64,000 bases of DNA from Calditrichaceae bacterium (GTDB lineage: Bacteria > Calditrichota > Calditrichia > Calditrichales > JBFXGD01), in contig JBFXLE010000002.1 of NCBI GenBank assembly GCA_050173015.1, forward strand, positions 96,001 through 160,000. Direction: 5' to 3'. The stretch's first letter is position 1, and each line of letters begins with the position of its first letter. This document shows positions 40,246-51,769 of the stretch, one piece after another. The position numbers and the translations under genes were made by a program. The notes beneath the pieces are model-generated. The model made no database searches. It had not been told where the DNA came from and saw only the letters and a list, made by a program, of their open reading frames with translations.

Positions 40246-42420
40246 TCAGTTCAAAATCTTCAATATCGCGCCGATTCTGGTTTCATATTCCTTAACAGTC
40301 TTTTTCATTTCAATGATAAATTCATTTTCATCAAATTTCCCAAGTACCGCTTCCATTTCCTCATCATTTCTGTATGTGATCTTTCGGAAATCATTTGTGT
40401 AGTCTTTCCTACGCGATTCAATAACCCATTCAAGTAATTTTTTGGCTGTGTTGACGGAGTTTTCGAGAATGGAACGAATAAATTGGTCATCTATTTCATC
40501 AATATCTTTTTGATGAATTTTTGATAAGCAAAAAATACCATGATTTTGTCTTTGAGACGGATAGCGATCCCATGCTTTGTTGTATCTTTTGTGCAAATCA
40601 TGCCAGGAATTGATTTTTTTGGATTTGATATCTGCAATAATGTCGAATAGTTCCGATTGGGGAATCAATTGCCCGCCAATATTATGCCATTTACGTCCGG
40701 GTTCCGAATAAGCTTGTTTAATGATCTCGGCAACAGACATAGTCCTGTTTTTTTGCAGCATGATATCATCAACGGCGCGGGCGAGCTCAACCGCCCCATA
40801 GTACTGAATCATCATATGGTACAACCGGTAACCCGATACCGGTTTGATAATATTGGCTTTGCCCTTATATACCATATTGTCGTGATGGACCTTGAGTCCT
40901 TTTTCAATGGTGTCATCGTTTAATAACTTTTCAACCGATATTTCTCTTCCTGAGGCAGTCTCTATGGCCTTCTTAAGCAAATCCATTCCTTCGAGCATTT
41001 CTTCCGCGGTGTCAGGGGCGAGAAAATCATTCTCGATAAGCTGATCTTTTATTTTTCTTTTATCACGGTTATTGAATTTCCATTTATTTCTTGCAAGAGC
41101 GTACATATTGTACTTGAACCAAAAAGCCGGAATTATGTTGATGTCCGTTGAATTATCTGTGGTGCTTATGAGAGAGAAGGGAAGAGTGATGTTCAATTCA
41201 GAAGGATAATTGCCCTTTGCCACAAGGGAAAATGATGCAAATCGCGAGTTATGCTTAAAATTGGTTACCAATCCCGGCCAGAATCCTCTTCCTGCCAAAA
41301 TTTCGCCGTCCGCTGCTCTGGAATTGTGATTTGAACCGATTGTCGCGCCCGCGGCGATGTTTGATTGTCCCAGTAAGGTGGATGCAATCAGGAATGAATT
41401 GTTGTGATGCTGCTCGTGAAACGGGAAAATAAGGTTGTTCAGTAATTCGCAGCAGGAGACGGTGGAATTAGGCCCGAGAAACGAGTTGATCAGCCGGGCG
41501 CCGTATTTGACCTGCACATTTCTACCTGTGACAAATCGGACGGCTTTAACGCCGTAAAAAATATGATTCCCGTGTCCAATAATTCCGTTTACCAATTCTA
41601 CACCTTCACCTATTTGAGTCGGTTCGGCAGCGCTGGATTGGATCGTCAGATTTTTTAGTTTATTGGCGCCTTTAATATAACAATGTGGCCCGACATTGAC
41701 ATCTTTAATGATCCGGTTGTCTTTAATAACACAATGATCTCCGATTGAACCGTAATATCCTCTTCGCGTGTCTCCGAGCTGATCTGTCATTTCCTGAAAC
41801 CTGTCCAGCAGCACCGAATCATCTCTGAATCTTGACCAGAGATAGGCATCCGCCGGAAGAATTCCCACAAATGGCAGAATTTTTCTGCCGCCGTTTTCAT
41901 TTCCTACTTCAAGCCAGATCCGGACATTTTCGTCTTCACCTTCCTTTACAATTCCATTGCCGAATTTTGCGGTATCTACAGTGAGCATCTCATCAACATT
42001 GAACAGGATACAGTTATCCCCGATGATATAATGGGAGAGATACTGCACATTTCGCATAACGACCTGATTGCCAATATCACAGGAAATTATTGTACAATTA
42101 TTTAATCCGACCGGAAGACGAAGTTTATGAAATTCAAGATACTTTCTTGACAAATCTCCAATACGGACCATTCCCCAAAACTCGCAATTTCGAACGAGGG
42201 ATGGATCAAAATTTTCCGTGACGAGTATTTTATCCCAAAGCTCAGCGGTATTGTTGTTTTTTACAAGAATTTCAATTTCTTTGGAGCTGAGCGCTCTGTA
42301 TTTGTGACTGTCAGTCTGACGGTTGCGAAAATAGTACCGGTCTTTTTTATCGGCACGCAGCTCTTTAGGTACAAAATCCTTACTGATATCTTCCAGTTTA
42401 CCCTTCGTAATCTCCCTCAT
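40246..42420 (-). CDS. DUF4954 family protein (left-handed beta-helix-like)
   Basis: YRAL...EI..L..NNN.A..W, NENGGR, hexapeptide-like repeats, GATIGSNHNSR; GGAGG RBS. Confidence 0.75.
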   Translation of the reverse strand: MREITKGKLEDISKDFVPKELRADKKDRYYFRNRQTDSHKYRALSSKEIEILVKNNNTAELWDKILVTENFDPSLVRNCEFWGMVRIGDLSRKYLEFHKLRLPVGLNNCTIISCDIGNQVVMRNVQYLSHYIIGDNCILFNVDEMLTVDTAKFGNGIVKEGEDENVRIWLEVGNENGGRKILPFVGILPADAYLWSRFRDDSVLLDRFQEMTDQLGDTRRGYYGSIGDHCVIKDNRIIKDVNVGPHCYIKGANKLKNLTIQSSAAEPTQIGEGVELVNGIIGHGNHIFYGVKAVRFVTGRNVQVKYGARLINSFLGPNSTVSCCELLNNLIFPFHEQHHNNSFLIASTLLGQSNIAAGATIGSNHNSRAADGEILAGRGFWPGLVTNFKHNSRFASFSLVAKGNYPSELNITLPFSLISTTDNSTDINIIPAFWFKYNMYALARNKWKFNNRDKRKIKDQLIENDFLAPDTAEEMLEGMDLLKKAIETASGREISVEKLLNDDTIEKGLKVHHDNMVYKGKANIIKPVSGYRLYHMMIQYYGAVELARAVDDIMLQKNRTMSVAEIIKQAYSEPGRKWHNIGGQLIPQSELFDIIADIKSKKINSWHDLHKRYNKAWDRYPSQRQNHGIFCLSKIHQKDIDEIDDQFIRSILENSVNTAKKLLEWVIESRRKDYTNDFRKITYRNDEEMEAVLGKFDENEFIIEMKKTVKEYETRIGAILKILN

Positions 42421-42596
42421 CAAACCTCCGCAGGCGATTATTTATAAATATGGAATTATAGAAAAAGAATACTAAAGAGTGAAATTTAGGTCATTTCCTC
42501 TAAAAATCATATTAAAAAAATGAATAATATAATGCAAATCCGTATGGTACATGATGAATAGTGACGGCTTTAAGTAATGATCGCTTCCTAAAGTGA

Positions 42597-43793
<1,197 letters not shown>

Positions 43794-43806
43794 AATAGGA
43801 GTTAAT

Positions 43807-44139
43807 ATGCTTGAATTTGTATTCTTAATGGCGCCCCCAAGCGGTGGTGGCGCAGAGGGCGGAAATGCTCTTCTTTCTTTTTTACCATTTATTCTCATTC
43901 TTGTAATTATGTATTTATTAATGATTCGGCCCCAGCAGAAAAAACAAAAAGAAAAACAAAAAATGCTGGAAGCGCTTAAGAAAGGCGACAATGTCGTTAC
44001 TGTCGGCGGGATTCATGGTAAAGTCGTAGGATTTGCTGACGATGAAAAAATTGTAATCGTAAAAGTTGACGACAACGTAAAACTGAATTTAGATAAATCT
44101 TCCATCACACTTGTGGCTCCTGTTGGCGGCAAGCAATAA
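43807..44139 (+). CDS. yajC: Preprotein translocase subunit YajC
   Basis: TM then IRPQQKKQK, LKKGDNVVTVGGIHG; follows tgt; AGGAG RBS. Confidence 0.95.
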   Translation: MLEFVFLMAPPSGGGAEGGNALLSFLPFILILVIMYLLMIRPQQKKQKEKQKMLEALKKGDNVVTVGGIHGKVVGFADDEKIVIVKVDDNVKLNLDKSSITLVAPVGGKQ

Positions 44140-45068
44140 TGAATATTATTTTTATGGGTACTCCGCAGTTCGCGGTTGTGTCTCTAAAAAAGTTGATTGA
44201 ATCAAAACACAAGGTTCTGGCCGTTGTAACCGTTCCCGATAAAAAGAAGGGACGGGGTCAGAAAATGGGTTCTTCCGCGGTGAAGGAGTTCGCGTTAGAA
44301 CATAATATTCCCGTGTTGCAGCCGGTTGATCTTAAATCGGCTGATTTTATCCAGGCTCTTAAAGATTTTAAATCTGATATGTTTGTTGTCGTTGCCTTCC
44401 GCATACTTCCGGGACAGGTATTCGGTATTCCACCCCAGGGAACTATAAACATTCACGCGTCGCTCTTGCCAAAATACAGAGGCGCGGCGCCGATCAATTG
44501 GTCGATTATGAACGGAGATTCTGAAACGGGTGTCACGACGATGCACATAAATGAAAAAGTTGACACCGGGGATATTTTATTACAGGAAAAAGTAAAAATT
44601 GATCCTGAAACGACTGCCGGGGAGCTTCATGATTCACTCGCGGTCAAGGGCTCTGATCTGCTTTTGAAAACTATTGAACAGATTGAGAGCGGCAACATCA
44701 GTCCAATTATACAGAATGACACGCTTGCGACAAAAGCTCCCAAAATAAAAAATGAAACTTGCCATATAGATTTTTCAAATGACGCGCGGCGTGTTCATGA
44801 TCACATTCGCGGTTTGAGTCCTTATCCGGCGGCGTTTGCTATTTATAACGGCAAAATTATGAAATTTTTTAAAAGTTTTGTAATGATGACGGAGTCCGTT
44901 ACCGGAGAAGCGGGAACAGTGATCGCAATTGATAAGGATAGTTTCGTGATTGGCTGCGGAACCGGATCAATTAAAATCGTTGAAGTTCAGCCCGAGGGAC
45001 GAAAAAGAATGTCTGTAAAAGAGTTTTTTAATGGATATAAAATGACGATTGGGTCAGCGTTTAATTGA
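44139..45068 (+). CDS. fmt: Methionyl-tRNA formyltransferase
   Basis: IFMGTPQFA, NIHASLLPKYRGAAPI, DTGD, IRGLSPYP. Confidence 0.97.
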   Translation: MNIIFMGTPQFAVVSLKKLIESKHKVLAVVTVPDKKKGRGQKMGSSAVKEFALEHNIPVLQPVDLKSADFIQALKDFKSDMFVVVAFRILPGQVFGIPPQGTINIHASLLPKYRGAAPINWSIMNGDSETGVTTMHINEKVDTGDILLQEKVKIDPETTAGELHDSLAVKGSDLLLKTIEQIESGNISPIIQNDTLATKAPKIKNETCHIDFSNDARRVHDHIRGLSPYPAAFAIYNGKIMKFFKSFVMMTESVTGEAGTVIAIDKDSFVIGCGTGSIKIVEVQPEGRKRMSVKEFFNGYKMTIGSAFN

Positions 45069-45292
45069 TAGGTTAAAAGAAATCAGGATAAATGAGTCTT
45101 GAATCACAGCAAGTTATATCTTCAAAATGATATATTTTGATAGCTTAAGGATCAGGATGTGTCGGAAAATCGTAAATGTGATCTAAAACCGGCATATTTC
45201 TTAAGTTTAGTCAATCAAATCCGAAATTATCTATTGAAGAATGAAATATGCTTGCAGATCGATTCAACATTCTGGTACATGGAGGTTGATTA

Positions 45293-46330
45293 GTGTACAT
45301 ACCGAAAATTCTAATCGTAGATGATTACCCGGAAAATATTGAACTCATAAAGAATTTCTTTAATGGTGACGGATTCCATTTTCTATCAGCCAACAATGGT
45401 GAAGAAGCGGTTCAAAAAGTGTATGATAAGATGCCTGATATCATCCTGCTCGATGTAATAATGCCGGGCATGGATGGATATAAGGTTTGTGAAATCCTTA
45501 AAAACGATCCCCAGACCCGCCTGATCCCAATCATATTAATAACAGGACTTGATGATATTGAAAGTAAAATTAAAGGCATAAAATTAGGCGGAGATGATTT
45601 TATAACCAAGCCTATTAATATGTACGAGTTGAAAGCCCGTGTTGCGTCTTTGCTGAGATTAAAAGAATATACAGATCAGCTTGAAAGCGCGGAGCGTGTC
45701 ATTTTCAGTCTGGCGCTGGTCGTGGAAGCCAAGGATGCGTATACCATTGGTCATTGCACCAGACTTGCTAATTATGGCTCACTGCTCGCGGAGAAGGTCG
45801 GATTGTCGACTGATGAGATAAAAACAATCCGCAGAGGCGGAATTCTGCATGATATCGGTAAAATTGCCATAAAGGACAATATATTACTCAAACCGGGTCC
45901 CTTAACATTTGAAGAGTATGAGATTATAAAAACACATTCTGAAATGGGGGAACGGATATGTCAGCCGCTAAAAACACTTGAGGACGTTCTTCCCATCATT
46001 CGATATCATCATGAAAGATTTGACGGGAGCGGATATCCGGATGGGCTGGCAGGAGAGCAAATTCCTATTCAGGCCAGGATTATTTCCATGGTTGACAGTT
46101 ATGATGCTCTTACAACAGAACGTCCATATAGGCGCGCGCTTACCACTGTGGAGGCTATACGGGTATTAGACAAGGAGACGGCAAAGGGATTGTGGGACAA
46201 ACAACTTTATCGAATATTTAAAGAGATACTATCTTTGAAAAATATTGAATCCATCGTAAATCAGGGCATGGATGAGCTCAATCATGGTATGCAGTATCTG
46301 TCGGTTCATGATTCTCAACATTTTATTTGA
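45293..46330 (+). CDS. Response regulator with HD-GYP phosphodiesterase domain (RpfG-like)
   Basis: REC (IVDD, LLDVIMP, T, KP) plus YTIGH, HDIGK, HHERFDGSGYPDG, RPYR; GTG start with GGAGG RBS. Confidence 0.92.
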   Translation: MYIPKILIVDDYPENIELIKNFFNGDGFHFLSANNGEEAVQKVYDKMPDIILLDVIMPGMDGYKVCEILKNDPQTRLIPIILITGLDDIESKIKGIKLGGDDFITKPINMYELKARVASLLRLKEYTDQLESAERVIFSLALVVEAKDAYTIGHCTRLANYGSLLAEKVGLSTDEIKTIRRGGILHDIGKIAIKDNILLKPGPLTFEEYEIIKTHSEMGERICQPLKTLEDVLPIIRYHHERFDGSGYPDGLAGEQIPIQARIISMVDSYDALTTERPYRRALTTVEAIRVLDKETAKGLWDKQLYRIFKEILSLKNIESIVNQGMDELNHGMQYLSVHDSQHFI

Positions 46331-46560
46331 TTTTTGTTTATACAATCCTGATCTTTCCGGGCTGTTTATTAATATATTTTTCTTCCTCGGGTATACCATC
46401 TGAATATGGAACAGAATTGCCAAAAATCCGTTTTAATAAACTATGTATTTACAGCATATTAATTTGTGAAATTTAATTTCATAAAAAGTGTTTAGAAGTT
46501 AAATTATATTTTCAATTTTATAAAAAAGTTATTATATTTAACGCTAAAAGAGGGGGAAAG

Positions 46561-46767
46561 ATGAACAGTACTTATAAACTGATTGAAGTTGTTGGAACTT
46601 CGTCCGAAAACTATGAAAAGGCCATTCGTAACGCGATTGCAAAAGCATCAGAATCGATTAAAGCAATAAGCTGGTATGAAGTCACCGAACATAGAGGCGC
46701 TGTTCATGATGGTAAAGTTACTGAATTTCAGGTAACACTTAAAGTCGGATTCAAAATTGTCGATTAA
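46561..46767 (+). CDS. Dodecin (flavin-binding)
   Basis: YKLIEVVGTS, WYEV...RG, EFQVTLKVGF; 68 aa. Confidence 0.92.
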   Translation: MNSTYKLIEVVGTSSENYEKAIRNAIAKASESIKAISWYEVTEHRGAVHDGKVTEFQVTLKVGFKIVD

Positions 46768-46823
46768 AATCATTTAACTGAATAAATTTTTAATGTTTAC
46801 TAAAAATTGCCACGGGAGGAAAA

Positions 46824-47072
46824 ATGGCTATTTTAATTAATGAAGATTGTATTGCATGTGATGCGTGTTTACCGGAATGTCCAAATGAAGCTATCACCGA
46901 AGGTGATCCTTTATACATCATCGATCCAGATAAATGTACTGAGTGTATAGGTTTTTTTGATGAACCACAGTGTGCCGCAGTATGTCCGACAGATGCCTGT
47001 CAGCCGGATCCGGATTATGTGGAAACACATGATGAATTAATGGCTAAAAAAGTTAAAATTCACGGTGAATAA
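46824..47072 (+). CDS. YfhL-family 2[4Fe-4S] ferredoxin
   Basis: CIACDACLPECPN and CTECIGFFDEPQCAAVCP. Confidence 0.95.
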   Translation: MAILINEDCIACDACLPECPNEAITEGDPLYIIDPDKCTECIGFFDEPQCAAVCPTDACQPDPDYVETHDELMAKKVKIHGE

Positions 47073-47093
47073 TTCTTCACGGTAAAAATTGCG

Positions 47094-47126
47094 AAAAGGG
47101 CAGACCACTTGGTTTGCCCTTTTTTT
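47094..47126 (+). terminator. Rho-independent terminator
   Basis: AAAAGGGCAGACCA / TGGTTTGCCCTTTT stem followed by a T-tract. Confidence 0.85.
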
Positions 47127-47166
47127 ATTTAAACCATTCCGGAATTAATTTGAACATTTATTGAGT

Positions 47167-47195
47167 TTGCTATAAAAATAGAATTATGTTATCTT
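47167..47195 (+). promoter_or_regulatory. Putative promoter for rny
   Basis: TTGCTA-17 bp-TATCTT with an extended -10 TG. Confidence 0.45.
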
Positions 47196-47254
47196 ATGGT
47201 ATATGGAAATGAATTATCTAAACAACTGAAAATCCATTGACTTGGAGAATGTAA

Positions 47255-48847
47255 ATGCCTTCTGAAATTGAAATAATGGATATTGTGATATATACAATTT
47301 TGTTTATATCAGGACTCGGAATCGGTCTGGGCATTTATCATCTTTTAATGGTTAAGGCCAAAAATACTACCAAACAGATAATTGAAAACGCTCAACGTGA
47401 AGCTGATAAAATCAATAAGGACAATTTATACAAATTCAAAATGGAAATACAGCAAAAGCGCGCCAGTTTTCAGAATGACCTTCGCCAGAAAGAGGATAAA
47501 GTTACAAAGATAGAAGCTCAGTTATTGAATAAGGAAAAGGAGCTGAGAAAAGATGAGAATCAAATTAAGATTCACGAATCAAGAATAGAATCAAAAGAGA
47601 AGAAGATCAACGAACTGGAAGAATTGCTTTACGAAAAAAATAAAAAAGTCGATACGATCCTTGAAGAACAGAATAAGATGCTTGAACGCATAGCAAACCT
47701 TTCAATCGAAGATGCAAAAAAACAATTACTGCAAAATCTTGAAGGCCGCGTCAAGCTGGAAGCTGTTCAATTGGCAAACGATATCAGATCTGAAGCTAAA
47801 GAGAGCGCGCAGCGGGAAGCAAAAGAAATTATTGCGAACGCGATTGAAAATCTGGCATATGAATTCACAATGGAGTCAACGCTGTCAACGGTTGAACTTC
47901 CTAATGAGAGATTTAAGGGAATGATCATCGGTCGCGAAGGCCGGAATATACGCGCCTTTGAAGAAGCAACCGGTGTAAAAGTGATCGTTGACGATACTCC
48001 GGAACTGGTTGTTCTGTCCGGGTATGATCCTGTCGCGAGGGAAATCGCGCGGATTGCCATGCAAACACTTATCAAAAACAAAGCGATAAATGTCAACTCT
48101 ATTCAACAGGCTGTGCAAAAAGCGACAAATGACGTAAAAAAATCTATTCAAAAAGCGGCAGATGATACTCTGCGCGAATTAAAGATACATGATGTGCATC
48201 CGTTGATGAAAGAAAATCTGGGCAGGCTGAGGTATCGTTACAGCTATGGTCAGAACATGTTGCAACATTCAAAAGAAGTCGCTTTTCTTTCCGGATCGAT
48301 GGCGGTCGAGCTCGGATTCAATGTTAAGCTGGCGCGAAGAGCGGGTTTGTTTCATGATATCGGAAAAGCGATCACAAACAATTCCGAAGGAAGTCATGTA
48401 ACATTAGGTGTTGAACTTGCCGAAAAATGCAAAGAACACGAAGTGGTTATCAATGCGATTTTGGCGCACCATGAAGAGGCAGAGCCGATTTCACCCATCT
48501 CCGTTCTGGTAACCGCCGCCGATAAAATTAGCGGGAGTCGGCCGGGCGCGAGAAGGGACACGCTTGAAGCATATGCGAAACGCATCTCAAAGCTGGAAGA
48601 AATCGCCAACTCATTCGAAGGAGTATCAAAGACATACGCCATATCGGCAGGGAGAGAGATCAGGGTTATCGTTGAACCCGATAAGATAGCAGACGCCCAG
48701 GCGGAGGTGCTTTCTTCCGATATCGCTTCAAAGATCCGCGAATCAATGGAGTTTCCGGGACAAATCAAGGTATGTGTTATCCGGCAGACCATAGCATCTA
48801 AATATACAGATGACTATGAAGAAACCTTGAATCTCGACGATAAATAG
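47255..48847 (+). CDS. rny: Ribonuclease Y
   Basis: N-terminal TM, coiled coil, KH domain (GMIIGREGRNIR), HD domain (HDIGK), SGSRPGAR, AGREIRV. Confidence 0.96.
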   Translation: MPSEIEIMDIVIYTILFISGLGIGLGIYHLLMVKAKNTTKQIIENAQREADKINKDNLYKFKMEIQQKRASFQNDLRQKEDKVTKIEAQLLNKEKELRKDENQIKIHESRIESKEKKINELEELLYEKNKKVDTILEEQNKMLERIANLSIEDAKKQLLQNLEGRVKLEAVQLANDIRSEAKESAQREAKEIIANAIENLAYEFTMESTLSTVELPNERFKGMIIGREGRNIRAFEEATGVKVIVDDTPELVVLSGYDPVAREIARIAMQTLIKNKAINVNSIQQAVQKATNDVKKSIQKAADDTLRELKIHDVHPLMKENLGRLRYRYSYGQNMLQHSKEVAFLSGSMAVELGFNVKLARRAGLFHDIGKAITNNSEGSHVTLGVELAEKCKEHEVVINAILAHHEEAEPISPISVLVTAADKISGSRPGARRDTLEAYAKRISKLEEIANSFEGVSKTYAISAGREIRVIVEPDKIADAQAEVLSSDIASKIRESMEFPGQIKVCVIRQTIASKYTDDYEETLNLDDK

Positions 48848-48870
48848 TTTTAAAAAAATATCTGTAAATC

Positions 48871-48904
48871 GAGCCTGTATCTGAGTAAGATTCAGGCTTT
48901 TTTT
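48871..48904 (+). terminator. Rho-independent terminator
   Basis: AGCCTG(TATCT) / (AGATT)CAGGCT stem followed by a T-tract. Confidence 0.75.
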
Positions 48905-48989
48905 ATTTATATAATGATTTTTTTGAAATGAAATATTAAATATTTTGGTTATAGATTGATGAATTTAACAATTAAACGGAGTTAAAAAT

Positions 48990-49313
48990 ATGATCACAGT
49001 AAGCGAACGCGCTATCCATAAATTAAAGGATGTTATTGATCAGGAACAAAAATCAGGTTGGGCTGTAAGAGTCGGTGTACGCGGTGGAGGATGTTCCGGA
49101 TTCACCTATACATTGAACCTTGATGAAAAACCGGGTGAGAATGATCAAATAATTGATCTGAGCGGGATTAAGCTTATCGTTGATGCAAAAAGTATAGTTT
49201 ATTTGGCGGGAACGGAACTGGATTATACGGACGGATTAAACGGGTCAGGTTTTGTTTTTAATAATCCCAACGCTACAAAGAGCTGCGGATGCGGCAGTTC
49301 TTTCGCTGTATGA
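48990..49313 (+). CDS. A-type Fe-S cluster carrier (HesB/IscA/ErpA family)
   Basis: GGGCSGFTY, FNNPNA..SCGCGSSF. Confidence 0.95.
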   Translation: MITVSERAIHKLKDVIDQEQKSGWAVRVGVRGGGCSGFTYTLNLDEKPGENDQIIDLSGIKLIVDAKSIVYLAGTELDYTDGLNGSGFVFNNPNATKSCGCGSSFAV

Positions 49314-49348
49314 TGTTGTTTGAATGATGCTGATGTTTAAGGGCGCGC

Positions 49349-49384
49349 AAAAAACCTCGAATGAGATCATTTGAGGTTTTTTTA
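49349..49384 (+). terminator. Rho-independent terminator
   Basis: AAAAAACCTCGAATG / CATTTGAGGTTTTTT stem. Confidence 0.8.
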
Positions 49385-49552
49385 TGTCATAATTCCCTTT
49401 AATCTGATTAGATCAGCTTATTTGTTTTAATTAACCACATCTTAATTCACTTAATTTTTAAGTAAAATTCAATTTATGTGTAAAAATTTAAGATAAGGTT
49501 TGTTTTTTATTGAAAATTAAATAAATTTTGTGTTAAAAATTGAGGATTCAAA

Positions 49553-50050
49553 ATGTACAAAATCAGGTTGATTGGCGACCCTGTCTTAAGAAAAACCACT
49601 AAAAAAGTAACCGATTTTAATGATAATATTAAACGTATAGTAAAAAATATGATTACCGTAATGCACCGTGAGGATGGTGTAGGTCTTGCCGCGCCGCAGG
49701 TTGGTCTCGATAGCAGCATTTTAGTGATTGATATATCCGGTGTGGAAGAAAATGAATTACCCAGAGCGTTCATTAATCCTGAGATTATCGAAGCATCGGG
49801 AGAGGCTGTTTTTGAAGAAGGGTGTTTATCCATTCCCGGTGTCAGGGAAGATGTGCTGCGGCCTGATAAAATTGAACTGGTGTATAATGATGAAGACGGG
49901 AATACCCACAAAGAGTTGCTTGACGGTTGGAAAGCCCGTGTTCTGCAGCATGAAATTGACCATCTGAACGGAATTTTATTTGTTGACCGGATCAGTCCCG
50001 TGAAGCGTCAACTGCTTATAAGTCAGGATATTATTCCGGAAAAATATTGA
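49553..50050 (+). CDS. def: Peptide deformylase
   Basis: GVGLAAPQ, EGCLS, QHEIDHLNG. Confidence 0.97.
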   Translation: MYKIRLIGDPVLRKTTKKVTDFNDNIKRIVKNMITVMHREDGVGLAAPQVGLDSSILVIDISGVEENELPRAFINPEIIEASGEAVFEEGCLSIPGVREDVLRPDKIELVYNDEDGNTHKELLDGWKARVLQHEIDHLNGILFVDRISPVKRQLLISQDIIPEKY

Positions 50051-50063
50051 AATAGGAAAGAAT

Positions 50064-51569
50064 ATGTTCCAGATCGCGACAATTCCTGAACAGCACAGTT
50101 TGAATACAGATCTGCTTGTTTTATTTCTAGATGAAAATTTTTGTAAAAAAAGGAAAAAAAACTTTGATATTTTTCCTGCCACAGTTGCAAAATATCTGAA
50201 AAAATATCTGTTATATAAAGATTTTAAAGGGGAATTTAAAGAAACGCGTTTATTATACCCCGAGGATCATTCAGGTATTTCCCGCATCCTGTTAGTCGGG
50301 TTGGGAGATATTTCAAAACTTGACCCGGAAAAACTCAGAACACTCGGTTTTCATATATCTTCATCACAAGAGCAGACTTCGGGCAAAAGGCATCATATTT
50401 TTTTAGGTAACGTTGAATTTTGCAGAGAAGATCTGATCCGGGCAATGGCCGAAGGCATTTTATATCAGAATTACAGATTTGAAGAATTTAAATCTGACAA
50501 GAAAAAGCAGAAAAAAGGTAATCAGTATATCTTCGTCTGCCATAAGGAAGAATATACACCTCGCTATCGAAAAGCGCTTCTTGAGACGATGGCCGCGATG
50601 AATTCTGTTGAACTCACGCGAAATCTTGCCAATCAACCGTCAAATATTCTTACCCCGGGTAAACTAAAAGATTTTATAGTCAGCCATTTTGAGCAATATG
50701 ATGATATTTCTGTCGATTACCTTGACGGAAAGCAGCTAAAAAAAGAAAAAATGAATGCTCTTCTCGCCGTAGCCAAGGGGAGTACCGAGCCACCGTATCT
50801 GATCATCATAAAATACAAACCGGCAAAAGAAAGCAAAAAAAAGCTGGCAATTGTCGGCAAAGGTGTGACTTTTGATAGCGGAGGTATAAGCATAAAACCG
50901 TCCGCCGGTATGGAAGAAATGAAATACGATATGGCCGGTGCCGCCGCAACGGTGGGGATAATGGATTTGTTTGCTCGATTAAAACCTAAATTTGAAGCGA
51001 TTGGATTGATCCCCGCCGTAGAAAATATGCCCGATGGCAACTCGCTTAAACCCGGTGATGTAATCAGGGCTTATAATCAGAAAACGATTGAAATTATCAA
51101 TACCGATGCTGAAGGACGTTTAATTCTGGCTGATACGCTCTCTTATGCCGAGAAAAATTTTAAACCCGATGCGATGATTGATTTTGCTACTCTCACCGGA
51201 GCGTGTGTCGTTGCGCTCGGAGATAAAAAGGCCGGCTTATTCGCTAATTCTGACGAAATGGCAAACATTTTGAACAGAGCGGGTGAGCAATCCGGGGATT
51301 ATTTGTGGAGAATGCCTCTATCTGATAACTACTCAGAAGATCTCAAGAGTGAAATTGCTGATATTAAAAATCTTGGCGGAAGATGGGGCGGGGCGATTAC
51401 TGCCGCAAAATTTCTGGAATCTTTTATAAAAAAAGTAAGATGGACCCATATTGACATGGCCGGAACCGCATATAATATCAAAGGATTAGATTATCTGCCG
51501 ACAGGAGCCACCGGTTTCGGACCCAAACTGATCGCTTCCGCCATGAAAGATCTTGAAAAATTCCTTTGA
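50064..51569 (+). CDS. pepA: Leucyl aminopeptidase (M17)
   Basis: GKGVTFDSGG, MKYDMAG, NTDAEGRL, ATLTGA. Confidence 0.95.
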   Translation: MFQIATIPEQHSLNTDLLVLFLDENFCKKRKKNFDIFPATVAKYLKKYLLYKDFKGEFKETRLLYPEDHSGISRILLVGLGDISKLDPEKLRTLGFHISSSQEQTSGKRHHIFLGNVEFCREDLIRAMAEGILYQNYRFEEFKSDKKKQKKGNQYIFVCHKEEYTPRYRKALLETMAAMNSVELTRNLANQPSNILTPGKLKDFIVSHFEQYDDISVDYLDGKQLKKEKMNALLAVAKGSTEPPYLIIIKYKPAKESKKKLAIVGKGVTFDSGGISIKPSAGMEEMKYDMAGAAATVGIMDLFARLKPKFEAIGLIPAVENMPDGNSLKPGDVIRAYNQKTIEIINTDAEGRLILADTLSYAEKNFKPDAMIDFATLTGACVVALGDKKAGLFANSDEMANILNRAGEQSGDYLWRMPLSDNYSEDLKSEIADIKNLGGRWGGAITAAKFLESFIKKVRWTHIDMAGTAYNIKGLDYLPTGATGFGPKLIASAMKDLEKFL

Positions 51570-51637
51570 TTGGTTGATTGAAACACCCTTCGTATTTTTT
51601 ACCTGCCGGATTTTTATCAGAACATCTAAAAAAAGAA

Positions 51638-51666
51638 TTGATTTTAAAATTCAAGTGTGATAAAAT
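51638..51666 (+). promoter_or_regulatory. Putative promoter for the Fe-S oxidoreductase gene
   Basis: TTGATT-17 bp-TAAAAT with an extended -10 TG. Confidence 0.5.
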
Positions 51667-51769
51667 TATATAATAATCTTTTGTCCATATTAAAATGCAG
51701 AAGAAAAAATGCATTTAATTATATATAAAGATATTCATTGCGTATTCGTGCAAAAATGTGAGGAACATC

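Noticed and set aside
47094-47126. GGGCAGACC segment resembling the start of a c-di-GMP-I riboswitch
   Set aside because: It is fully explained as a terminator stem with a T-tract; the GAAA tetraloop and second stem are absent
49311-49340. The IscA/HesB gene ends in TGA followed by Cys-Cys codons, suggesting a selenoprotein extension
   Set aside because: All three conserved Cys are already present, the protein ends at the family's normal C-terminus, and the hairpin downstream is a typical terminator
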